DNA from: an uncultured Candidatus Saccharibacteria bacterium
GTDB taxonomy: Bacteria > Patescibacteriota > Minisyncoccia > UBA6257 > 1-14-0-10-44-23
Direction: 5' to 3'
Length of the DNA: 64,000 nt
Assembly (NCBI GenBank): GCA_964641225.1
Contig: CAZXKC010000004.1
Span: 29,026 to 93,025 of the forward strand
Each line of letters begins with the position of its first letter. Position 1 is the stretch's first letter. Below are positions 27,658 to 36,900 of this stretch, one piece after another. The notes beneath the pieces are model-generated. The model saw nothing but the letters and a program-made list of their open reading frames with translations. It was not told the DNA's origin and searched no databases. Both the position numbers and the translations under genes were made by a program.

Positions 27658-30333
27658 ATGCCAGACCCGGTCATAAACTTATCCAATAAGATTCGGGAAA
27701 GCGGGAAATTCAATGAACGTTTTCTTGCGCTGCAAAAATATGCCGCTAAAAAGCGACTCACCTTTAGCGCTGAGGATGCAACCCCTGAACAACTGCAAAA
27801 ATTGATACTCCAAGCTTCGGTGCTTGCATTGAGCGATGACATTGAGCACAAACGTACAGCTCAAAAAATCATGGCCTTGTTCCACGAGATAAAGCCGGAC
27901 AATCATTTACTAAGCTACGCGATACAAATTTTAGCATCACGACTTGGAAATTTTCCTGTCGTAAGTAATGCATCCACAGTCTTTGGTGAATCCAAAATAT
28001 TTAAAGATGCTTCTGATGAGGCTTCGTTGGATACAGAGTATCTTTTTGACCCTGAAATAATCGCCAACTTATACTCTGAAGAGGCTCAGTCACGATTACA
28101 GATACAAGATAAGGTTTACCATTTTAATATTTTCCAGAAAGAAATACTTGATGCCCTGTCAGAGAAGGCGTTGGTGAGCTTTTCTGCTCCCACATCATTT
28201 GGAAAATCATTCATCGTTCGGCAGCACATAGCGCATCTATATGCTGGTCAGAAAGTTAAACGGGTCCTAGTACTTGTTCCTACCAAGTCCCTGATCGATG
28301 ATTTCTTTGCGGATTTTGTAAAAATAAAACGAGAGCTGAATCTTGATTTTGGCATTTTTACTCACGCCCGTTCCGTAGATGCGGTTCCGGAGAAGGCGGT
28401 ATTTATTCTGACGCAAGAACGGATATCATTCCTCATCACCAAGAATCCTGAATTTGTTAAGTCTTTTGACTTGATTTACTGCGACGAAGCCCACTACATC
28501 TCCAGAGGATATCGCGGATTTGTTTTGCGAAGTGCTCTGAAAAAACTTATCGAGCTGTGCGGAGTGGGCATCGAGGAGGGCAAGGCTCGATATATTTTCA
28601 GCTCCCCATTGATTAAAAATCCTGAGTACTACAAGGGGAAGCTATTTCCCTTACTTTCCTCAGAGCAATCGTTTCATAAAGAAATTCTCTATTCACCGGT
28701 CGAAAAGAATATCCATTTTATTGCCAAAGAAGAGCGGCAATTTAAGTATTATCTTTTGAAGGATTCTTTTGGTGAAGATTCATTCGATGATCGGCTGGAA
28801 GAGCTCGGTTCCAGAAATTTTCCCCAAGGATTAATGACCGAGGATACGAGAGCACAAAAAATCGACCGAGAGATTCGAATGGTTCTGGACTGCAGTGGGA
28901 CAAGCCCTTCAATCTTGTATACCACCAGCCCAATTTTCGCCCACAGATACGCCTTAGCATTGGCCGAGGCTCGACCGGAACGCAACCGAATATCTAGTCA
29001 AGAAATCGAGGATTTGAGCAGATACATTAAAGACCATTACGATGACAACTTTGGCCTAGTGAATATCTTAAAGAAGGGCATCGGCTTGCACTATGGGCCG
29101 ATGCCGACTGGGCTTCGGAGAGCAATGGTTGACCTCTTCGAGCGAGGCCTGATTGATTACATGGTTTGCACCCCAACTCTTCTTGAGGGGGTCAATCTCC
29201 CAGCAAAAAATATCTTTTTATTCTCTGATAGGTATGGAGGGCACGGTGGCAAAGAAAAACACTCGGCGCTATCTTTCTGGAACTTAGTTGGTCGAGCCGG
29301 CAGAATCACTTATGGTCTTTCTGGAAATGTATTCTGCATTGAAGATGAGCCTCAAAAATACGAAGACCTCTTCGAAAATACTGAAACCGAGATAACTGAC
29401 CCGGAGGCGAACGTCATGGAGAATGACACTCGGAGGAGTTACATTGTAAAAACTTTTCTTTCTGAAACTGATAGGTTTGACTATTTTCGGTCACATAGTC
29501 GAGGTGATATAGAATACCTAATATTTGAACTTTTGACCCGTGAAAATCCCGAACGAATCTTGGACAATTTCAATCTTAACCCCGAAGAAAAAGCTAGGAT
29601 GCTTGCTGCTATTCAGCAGCAGAGAGCGGAACTGAGCATATCGTTAGAGCTGGTCAACAAGAACCCTGGCATCGACCCGCGCTTGCAGGATAGATTGTTA
29701 GCCAATCTGCGATCGCTCCCAGAAGAAGAGCTTCGTGGTTACTTGGAAATTCCAGGTAATACTTTGGCAGTTACCGGTTCGCAGCTAGCAGATATCCTTG
29801 GGTACGTAAAACGGGATTTGGCCTGGCCAAAAAGGGATGAAAGCAGAACTGCGAACCGAATTATCCAGTGGCTACACGAACATCCTATTTCTTTTTTTAT
29901 TAACCAAGTTTTGCAATATATCGAACCGGGCAGCGAATTCGACACCCACTTGGGGAAGATTGAAAAAGCTATCGAAATTCTTCGGGAGGTTGACCGAGAG
30001 TTATCCTACAACGCTCCCAAATATCTTAAATGCTTCTACGATTTACTCATTCAAATCGCCGCTGAACAAGGGATTGCCGATATAAATATCTATGAGGAAA
30101 AAATTGAATCATTCCTATTTTCGCTCGAGTCAGGCGTCTCTTCTGTAATAGCAAAATTTCTCCTCGAGAAGGGTGTTTCAAGGCCAGTTGCCATACGAGT
30201 AAGCAGTTTAGTTGATGATATAGCTTCAATCCCAATCTCAAATGATTTTTTCGAGAAACCCGAAGTCCTCGAGAGATTGAGTCGCCTCTCAAAACTCGCC
30301 CTAGATGAGCTTAAGGAGCGACTCGGTGTTTAG
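27658..30333 (+). CDS. SF2 DExH-box helicase (Ski2/Hel308-like core), HamB-like
   Basis: Motif I SAPTSFGKSF, motif II LIYCDEAHYI, helicase C-terminal motifs GIGLHYGPMP...MVCTPTLLEGVNLPA, and a long C-terminal extension. Confidence 0.6.
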   Translation: MPDPVINLSNKIRESGKFNERFLALQKYAAKKRLTFSAEDATPEQLQKLILQASVLALSDDIEHKRTAQKIMALFHEIKPDNHLLSYAIQILASRLGNFPVVSNASTVFGESKIFKDASDEASLDTEYLFDPEIIANLYSEEAQSRLQIQDKVYHFNIFQKEILDALSEKALVSFSAPTSFGKSFIVRQHIAHLYAGQKVKRVLVLVPTKSLIDDFFADFVKIKRELNLDFGIFTHARSVDAVPEKAVFILTQERISFLITKNPEFVKSFDLIYCDEAHYISRGYRGFVLRSALKKLIELCGVGIEEGKARYIFSSPLIKNPEYYKGKLFPLLSSEQSFHKEILYSPVEKNIHFIAKEERQFKYYLLKDSFGEDSFDDRLEELGSRNFPQGLMTEDTRAQKIDREIRMVLDCSGTSPSILYTTSPIFAHRYALALAEARPERNRISSQEIEDLSRYIKDHYDDNFGLVNILKKGIGLHYGPMPTGLRRAMVDLFERGLIDYMVCTPTLLEGVNLPAKNIFLFSDRYGGHGGKEKHSALSFWNLVGRAGRITYGLSGNVFCIEDEPQKYEDLFENTETEITDPEANVMENDTRRSYIVKTFLSETDRFDYFRSHSRGDIEYLIFELLTRENPERILDNFNLNPEEKARMLAAIQQQRAELSISLELVNKNPGIDPRLQDRLLANLRSLPEEELRGYLEIPGNTLAVTGSQLADILGYVKRDLAWPKRDESRTANRIIQWLHEHPISFFINQVLQYIEPGSEFDTHLGKIEKAIEILREVDRELSYNAPKYLKCFYDLLIQIAAEQGIADINIYEEKIESFLFSLESGVSSVIAKFLLEKGVSRPVAIRVSSLVDDIASIPISNDFFEKPEVLERLSRLSKLALDELKERLGV

Positions 30334-30808
30334 AATTACCTTCCTCGTCGTTACGATGAACATTAAATTGCATGAGGATTGGGCGAGGTTCAACTTGCCC
30401 GTCACCGCTCAAAGCCTCTTTGGTACTGAAATGTTTTCGGTCTAGTCGCTCAAGTACGAACTTAGAAAGATCGGCCTTGATTGCCATAATCTTGGTGTTC
30501 CGGCGCATGATGGGCTGGCCGGTGGCCTTATTCTTCATCGGTCCGAAGGCTGTCATTACCGGCTCGCTTTCATCGAGGGTAAGCATATCTTCTAGATTAC
30601 GCTCGGCTTTTTCAATCATCGCCTGATGCATGGTGACGGCTTCCGAAAGTACTTTTGGCGATTGATGAGTTATCTGCTTAGCGTAGGCGACGCTGTACCC
30701 GGCCTTCACAGCCGACTGATAGGCGTTTGCAAAGGTGGAGCTTTTTGGATCCACGTAGTAGGCCTGAAAAGCCAACTGTCTCATATCTCTTTGTTTGATG
30801 CCCGGCAT
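30311..30808 (-). CDS. Phage terminase small subunit-like protein (Terminase_2-like N-terminal HTH)
   Basis: N-terminal pattern RQLAFQAYYVDPKSSTFANAYQSAVKAGYSVAYAKQITHQSPKV matches the TerS consensus (QeaF..Yl...N...A...AGYS...A). No terminase large subunit or capsid genes are nearby. Confidence 0.45.
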   Translation of the reverse strand: MPGIKQRDMRQLAFQAYYVDPKSSTFANAYQSAVKAGYSVAYAKQITHQSPKVLSEAVTMHQAMIEKAERNLEDMLTLDESEPVMTAFGPMKNKATGQPIMRRNTKIMAIKADLSKFVLERLDRKHFSTKEALSGDGQVEPRPILMQFNVHRNDEEGNSKHRVAP

Positions 30809-30990
30809 GAAAAAATTTTATCATCCGCTATTCCAGGGGGACAAGTGTATCGATGTGGTTGACAAGATAGAGGGGCTATGTTATCTTGTTTTTGATATGA
30901 AATCCGTGACCGCACAATTTAGTTACTATTACGCCGCATATATAACCACCCGGGTGCGGTAACTTTGTCTTAAATAATATTGTCTCTACC

Positions 30991-31016
30991 AACCGCCCCC
31001 GAGCGGTTTTTTTGTT
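30991..31016 (+). terminator. Terminator-like hairpin (AACCGC-ccccga-GCGGTT followed by TTTTTTTG)
   Basis: Seen in the sequence. No plus-strand gene lies immediately upstream, so its function is uncertain. Confidence 0.2.
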
Positions 31017-31121
31017 TTCGCGATCTCGGGGGTATAGAGCAGCGTGTTTCTGAACGATCGTTCGTTCAGGCGCTGTAGAGGCCCCGGAGCCTCAAGAGTT
31101 CTTTGAAAGGAGAATAGCGTC

Positions 31122-31391
31122 ATGGCCACGATTCGCATTACTCAGGTTCTGGCTGGCGGGAAGATACTCGACCACGACTTCGCTGTGCCGGAGTCAGATC
31201 CGGTCGGTTTCGGCTGCTCCTGCGGGTTCATGCATCCCACATGCTGCGCCCGCGGCTGTGGGTGCATGCCGCAGATCCACCGCTACGTCAAGAAACTGCC
31301 TCACTCGTTGGAGTGGGGCGACCTGGTGGAGCGTCGTGGGAAGGTCGTGGCTGTGCCCGACAAGAAATCTGACGGTGGAGAGACGTACTAG
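31122..31391 (+). CDS. Small Cys-rich protein (high-GC cassette)
   Basis: Multiple CxxC/CC motifs (GCSCGFMHPTCCARGCGCMPQ). GC about 62%. Confidence 0.3.
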   Translation: MATIRITQVLAGGKILDHDFAVPESDPVGFGCSCGFMHPTCCARGCGCMPQIHRYVKKLPHSLEWGDLVERRGKVVAVPDKKSDGGETY

Positions 31392-31393
31392 CT

Positions 31394-31969
31394 GTGCGCG
31401 ACATCCTCGGCATCATCGCCGCAATCCTGACGCTCGCTGGGTTCATCCCGGCGGGCGTCGGAGCAGTACGCGGACCAGTTCGCCCAAGCAGGGCGACATG
31501 GCTCATCTGGGCGGCGGAGGCGGTACTCATCTACCAGACCTTCGCCGCCGCAACTCCGGACTCAAGCGCACTCTGGATTCCGCTGGGATTCACCGTAGGA
31601 GCGGCAGGGATGTTTCTCCTTTCGGTTTCATTCGGGGAGGCCGGGTGGAGTGCCCTCGACAAGTGGTGCCTGGCAGGAGCGGGTGGCACGATCATCGTCT
31701 GGCAACTCGTTGGACCTATCGCGGGGCTACTAGCTGGTATCGCTACCGACATGATCGGAGCGGTGCCGACGGTGGTCAAGACATGGAGAGATCCAAGTAG
31801 CGAAAGTCGTGCACAGTGGTTGCTTTGGTGGCTCGGTGCCATCTTCAACCTCTGCGCGATCAAAGACTGGCAATCCGTGGAGGCGGCGTACCCGCTCTAT
31901 GGAATTGTTCTGACAACTACAGTAGCCGGCATTATGGCCGGTAGAAAGAGGAAGTATGCCCAAGGCTAA
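31394..31969 (+). CDS. Polytopic membrane protein (high-GC cassette), paralogous to the native gene at 61801-62355
   Basis: GTG start. Shares ATWLIW...W...P...E...W(L/M) motifs and TM topology with the 61801 protein, although the two genes differ in GC by about 17 percentage points. Confidence 0.45.
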   Translation: MRDILGIIAAILTLAGFIPAGVGAVRGPVRPSRATWLIWAAEAVLIYQTFAAATPDSSALWIPLGFTVGAAGMFLLSVSFGEAGWSALDKWCLAGAGGTIIVWQLVGPIAGLLAGIATDMIGAVPTVVKTWRDPSSESRAQWLLWWLGAIFNLCAIKDWQSVEAAYPLYGIVLTTTVAGIMAGRKRKYAQG

Positions 31970-32519
31970 GGAAAAGGGATGGGTTCGTGCCCGCGACGAG
32001 AAGTACTACGTTGGCCAAGAGATCGACTTCACGGCCAACTACGACGACCACGCTCCCGAGGCGGTATTGAAGGCCATGTTCCACAACTACATGCCCGACA
32101 GGGCAGACGCCAAGTACGTGGACCTCAACCAGAAGGGCAAAAAGCCTCTCAGGGGCTACTGGTACTTCAAGGTCAAACTGCTCAACCCGTCTCGCGGTTT
32201 CTCGTACGAGGAGTCCGTAGAGTGGGCTCAGAGCTCGTACGTCGGGGGCAAGGGCGTAGTTCCCGGACATCTGGCGGTCGCCTTCGCCGAACAGTTCCCG
32301 CTCCTCGTCATGCTCGGCGACGTGAAGCTCACGGGAGGAATCTGGCGGCACGAGAACAGACTCACCTGCATCGAGCTCACCCAAGGCATCAACGGCAGCC
32401 AAGACATCCTCGCGTTCCGCTATCAGGACGGAGGAATGGTCTCGGATCACGACATCTGTCCGGTGATCATCGAGCAGGAGCAGATCGTGGTCCCGACTCG
32501 GAGAGGCCACGGCTACTAG
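31956..32519 (+). CDS. Hypothetical soluble protein (high-GC cassette)
   Basis: Protein-like composition. The overlapping minus-strand and Arg-rich alternative ORFs look like high-GC shadows. Confidence 0.35.
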   Translation: MPKAKEKGWVRARDEKYYVGQEIDFTANYDDHAPEAVLKAMFHNYMPDRADAKYVDLNQKGKKPLRGYWYFKVKLLNPSRGFSYEESVEWAQSSYVGGKGVVPGHLAVAFAEQFPLLVMLGDVKLTGGIWRHENRLTCIELTQGINGSQDILAFRYQDGGMVSDHDICPVIIEQEQIVVPTRRGHGY

Positions 32520-32575
32520 CCCACAGCACGCGCGGCGGCATCGACCCACAAGGTTGATGACCGCCGCGCTTCATT

Positions 32576-32980
32576 TTATACTTTGACGGTCTCGCGGTTC
32601 TGGAGTAAGGTTCGAACATCGTCTAACAGCTGCCGCACAGTAAGACTATCGGTATGTGTCAGCAGTAGATTGAAGGGAGAACGTAGCGTAAAATCTAGCT
32701 TCTTGCCATTCAGGACGCAGTTCTGAAGTAAGAAGCCCAAAAACTGGCGCTTTTCTTCAACTTCGGCACTATCAAATATCTCTTTTGCCCTCTTAGCGAT
32801 GTTAAGGGTCATATTTGCTGTGAGATAGAACTGCTCGTCGGCTTCCGAATGATCTTTCATTTGATCCAACACTTCGGCTTGCTTCTCTTTGTACTCTCTC
32901 AAGAAAGTGTCATACATTTCATCCGTAATCCGCCTTGATCTGCGGTAAATCCTAGCGTTTTTTATTTTGACCGACTCCAA
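32576..32980 (-). pseudogene. C-terminal fragment of a second large serine recombinase (remnant)
   Basis: Region TFLREYKEKQAEVLDQ...KRQFLGFLLQNCVLNGKKLDFTL resembles the conserved C-terminal coiled-coil region of large serine recombinases. No catalytic domain is present. Confidence 0.35.
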
Positions 32981-33071
32981 TAAAAGCTATACTATAAGCA
33001 TATCGTTTTTATAACAATTTAATGCAGTGAAGCCTAACCCGCGCGGGCAACCACGTGGTATGGCATCAAAT

Positions 33072-33185
33072 CCGGTAAAGGTCATTAAGCTCCTAGTCAG
33101 AGCTACCTTTACCGGTCATATCTGGAAACGGATATGGGTGGGCGCAAGCCCATCGCTGGCTAGGAGCTTTGTGATTTCTAGCCTG
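33072..33185 (+). ncRNA. Structured 5' leader RNA, copy 2, upstream of the 33201 operon
   Basis: Same four-helix architecture and conserved loops as copy 1, with different stem sequences (see copy 1). Confidence 0.45.
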
Positions 33186-33200
33186 TCTGAAATTAAAATT

Positions 33201-33878
33201 ATGGACAAGCAAAAAGAGAATGCCGCAATTAAGTTCTTTCGTAAGCATCCGATCCTTTCCTCAAATATAATCGGCATCATCCTCGGCATAGCGATAGCGT
33301 GGTGGCTCTGGCTTATTGCCTGCGTTCTCGGCTTTGTATTTTATTTCCACTACCAGAAAACACTGAAGCATGAAGTTGCCACAAATAAAGCGGCTAGCAA
33401 TGATGCCGTGAAAACCAAAAAGTGCCGTGCCTGCAAAATGGATATCGCGGCAGGGGCAACAAAATGTCCGCATTGCAGAACCGCTCAACCAAATAGCGTG
33501 GCGGCTGTATTTGGGCTATTTGGAATAATAGTTGCCGTTGTTGCCATCGTCGTTATTAGTAGTAATTCCGATACTTCCACGCCAACAAAGCAGAGCAAAT
33601 TAAATGATCCCACTATTGATTGGCAAAGTATCTGTTCAGCTTTTGACAATTTGAAAACGGCAAATATCGTCAAAAAAGTTGAGGGACGAAGTGTTTACGT
33701 TGCTCCTTTTTGGTGGAATGTGGCAAACATTGAAGATAAAAAAAATATTGGCTTTGGCTCTGCCTATTGCATCGCCCGCGACTTAAACTCAACGACTGTC
33801 TGGTCAGATATTTATGACTGGCAATCTGGCAAGAAATTAGCCCATTACAGTGAAGCGTGGGGCTTTTCAGTTGAGTAG
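33201..33878 (+). CDS. Membrane protein with a cytoplasmic CxxC...CxxC zinc ribbon
   Basis: The true start is the ATG at 33201 (MDKQKEN). The ORF-track start at 33027 would translate the leader RNA. Two TM helices flank CRACKMD...CPHCRT. Confidence 0.45.
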   Translation: MDKQKENAAIKFFRKHPILSSNIIGIILGIAIAWWLWLIACVLGFVFYFHYQKTLKHEVATNKAASNDAVKTKKCRACKMDIAAGATKCPHCRTAQPNSVAAVFGLFGIIVAVVAIVVISSNSDTSTPTKQSKLNDPTIDWQSICSAFDNLKTANIVKKVEGRSVYVAPFWWNVANIEDKKNIGFGSAYCIARDLNSTTVWSDIYDWQSGKKLAHYSEAWGFSVE

Positions 33879-33916
33879 TTTTCGCCGGCGAACACAATCG
33901 CTAAAATGGCGATTTC

Positions 33917-36900
33917 TTGATATGCTCAAAGGAAGACTTTGATAGAAAAGTTATGGATGGATTAGACCTCAATAAGTTTATTAAGTATTGTCTCGGCTAT
34001 ATTCAACTTACACGGCAGAGGGCTTTTGCGGTACAGCAAAAATCAGCAGTTGAGTTCCCAAAAAAGTACTTTGAACTTTCCGGCTTACTAAACGGCGAGG
34101 AGGACGATGCGCTAGGCGAGACAATTGCATTGCCGCTTTTTTATGATCTTGATCCTAAAGAAGTGAAGAAGGAGCAGAGGGATGAGTATGAAAAGCAAAA
34201 AATGTTTGCCGCAAAGATTGAAGATATCTATAACAAATATCGCAACGATCCTTTCACAAAACAAATAGCATTCAGTTTCGGTTATTTTGAAATTGAAATC
34301 CCAATTGAGCTTGAAGGCGAAGAGCTTGAATCAATTGAGAATGGAGAATCAGAGCCGCCGCCAAAGCAGGTAAAAATTGATCGCTACCCGCTCTTTAGTC
34401 TGATCGTGAAGATTGAAAAAGAAGAGAAGGGCAAGTATGTAGTCTACGCCGTGGATCAAGACATTCAGGTTAATCTTGGCGTACTTGAGCCAGTACTAGG
34501 CGAGAATCTTTATTACCAGTTATTAGATGACGTCGGCAAGAAAGAAATGGATGGGCTTTTTTCTTTGCCGCTCAAAAACATAGAAATCTTTACAGAGGTT
34601 TGGCACAAAATAAAGACAGTATTAAAACACACAAAGGCAAACTTTGATGAGGATTCTTTTAAGTTAGAAGAGATGCGCATTGCTATCGCACCTCGCGCTA
34701 ATTATTTTTTGGCAGAAGATTTACAGAAGCTCGCTAAGGTAGATCAGGATGCAATGAAGGATACATCGCTTTGCAGTTGGACGAGCAATGAAGGCATTAG
34801 CGGTACAAGTGAGATTCCTGAAGAGAAGGACCTATATTTTCCCTTCCTTTACGATAAATATAAGTTAAAAGTTCTATCGGTAATAAACAATAAAGGTGCG
34901 ATTGTTCAAGGACCGCCGGGCACTGGAAAATCGGAAACAATTGCTAACCTACTCTGTCATTTAGCCGCTCACGGCAAGCGCGTTTTATTTGTTAGCCAAA
35001 AAGCTCAAGCACTCAAAGTTGTAAAAGATAAGTTACGCAAACTAGATGTTAAATACCTCTTTGGTTATATCCCAAATCCAAGCTCGGCACAGCTTGGCGA
35101 AGATGACGAGGCTGATAGTATATCGCCGCAACTCGCCGGCCTTGGAGCGCATATTGATTCAATGGGTTATAAGTTTTATCCCCGAAAAGCAGGGATTGCC
35201 CAGCACGGCGACGGTGTCAGCGGGAACGTATCGCTAGCGCATCCTACGGCTTTAAAAGCAAAGCTAAAAAATGACTTCAACCAAACTATTGAGGTGCAAC
35301 GCAAGGCGTGGAAATTGGATCAAGAGTTTAAGGCTCTAGCCCTTTTTGATTTGCCGGTCGGAAATCCTAGCGCATTCACTAGTAATTTTAGCGAAAGTAA
35401 CCGCAAAGAAGTTAATCATCTGAAAGACGTAATCTCAAGCGCAATCAAGACGACGCAGAAATATGACGAAAGCGAATCTAAAAATGGTTTTGATGGTCTG
35501 TTCGGAAAAATAAATCTTCGGGAAAAGAGTTTCGCTACTGCTACTTATAAAATCAAAGAAGACATCGCCCGTTCGGGATTTGACGGACACGCACAGATGC
35601 TACGAGGCATAAATAATTTTATGCGTAATATGCGGCTGGGAGGCGTTCGTTCGGAATTGCCCCGCGAGGTTAGAGATTACATTGACCAAGAGTTAAAAAA
35701 GGACATCTCGCGCAATGATGCTTGTAAGCTCTTTGAAGACCTACACGTTTATTTTTGCCACCACGAAAATCTTATCAATCTTGAACAGGCAAAAAAGAAG
35801 CTATCGGCTACTTTAGAAGCTATAGGTTTGTCCGATAAAGAGTTTGGAGCAATAGAAGAGGTCATTGGAAAAACTGGTGAAAATGTTACGGACGTTAAGG
35901 AAAAAGTTTTGAGAACGAGGGTACTTCGGAAAGAACTACACGAGCTTGGCAAGCTGGGCGTTAATCCAAACGACGTAACTGAAAACATCAAAGATGCCGA
36001 AACGGAACGCAGGGATCGCGTGGCTTTATATCTCCAGAACATCGTCAATAGAAACATCCTAGAAAAGCTCGCGCAAGGACCAACGATTCGGCAGATTGTA
36101 GCTCGCTTGGCAAAAGCATTCGGCAAATCAAAGCGTGCGTTTAGGACATTTGATAAACTTCGCAAAGATCCTGATAACTTCAATGCCATTATGGACTTGA
36201 TTCCAGTCTGGATTATGGAGCTAGATGATGCCAGCCGCATCATTCCGCTTGAAGCCGGCGTGTTTGATTACGTCATTCTGGACGAGGCTTCACAGTGCAA
36301 TGTAGCATATACCCTCCCTGTTATGTTCCGTGCCAAGCAAGCCCTATTCGTGGGCGATAGCGAGCAGATGCGCGACAGTACGGTAATGTTTAAGTCCAAC
36401 CGATCCTTTGACGAATTGGCGCGTCGTTATGGTGTTCCCGAAGAAATGCAGATCAAGGCTAGCCAAGCAACTGTTCAGTCGGTTCTAGACATAGCTACTC
36501 TCCGAGGATTCCTGCCAGTACCGCTACGTTACCATTACCGCTCGCCGAACGAGCTAATTGGCTTCAGTAACCAGTATTTCTATAAACCCAAGTCAAAGGA
36601 CCTTATAGCCCTCAATAACACTTATTTGACCTACAAGGACACTAATCGTGTGATGCTTGTCCACGAAGTGAAGTCAGATTGGTCAGATGAGATTTCTGAC
36701 AACGCTAACGTTGCTGAAGCAAGTGAGATTCTAAAGCTTTTTAAGGAGCTACGTGATGATGCCAAATATGCTAGAAAATCAGTGGGCATTTTAACATTCT
36801 TCAACGCGCAAGCCGCTTTATTGCGTAAAACTTTTGAAGATGCCGGTTTTAAAGAAGATGAAGATAATTTCAAAATCAGCATCATTGAGGGCATTCAAGG

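Larger units (their letters stand above)
21113..32980. mobile_element. Candidate integrated island at tRNA-Ser(TGA). It carries a serine recombinase, a replication module, Hachiman-like cargo, a TerS-like gene, a high-GC cassette and a recombinase remnant. It may extend to about 39.3 kb.
   Basis: Recombinase 3' end overlaps the tRNA 3' end. The gene content is island-like and the GC content is heterogeneous. No far-end att repeat was found, so the right boundary is uncertain. Confidence 0.4.

Noticed and set aside
31258-32557. Overlapping ORFs 31258-31800, 31288-31530, 31531-31863, 31932-32549 and 31979-32557 in the high-GC cassette
   Set aside because: Their compositions are Arg/Pro/Ser-rich or antisense-like. 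The chosen frames 31122, 31394 and 31956 are co-linear, and one of them has a clear paralog elsewhere in the window.
33027-33200. N-terminal extension of ORF 33027-33878 (MKPNPRGQPRG...)
   Set aside because: It would translate straight through the conserved structured leader RNA. The in-frame ATG at 33201 is the plausible start.
35749-36243. 164-aa minus-strand ORF
   Set aside because: It is inside the SF1 helicase gene, whose motifs are continuous in the plus frame.
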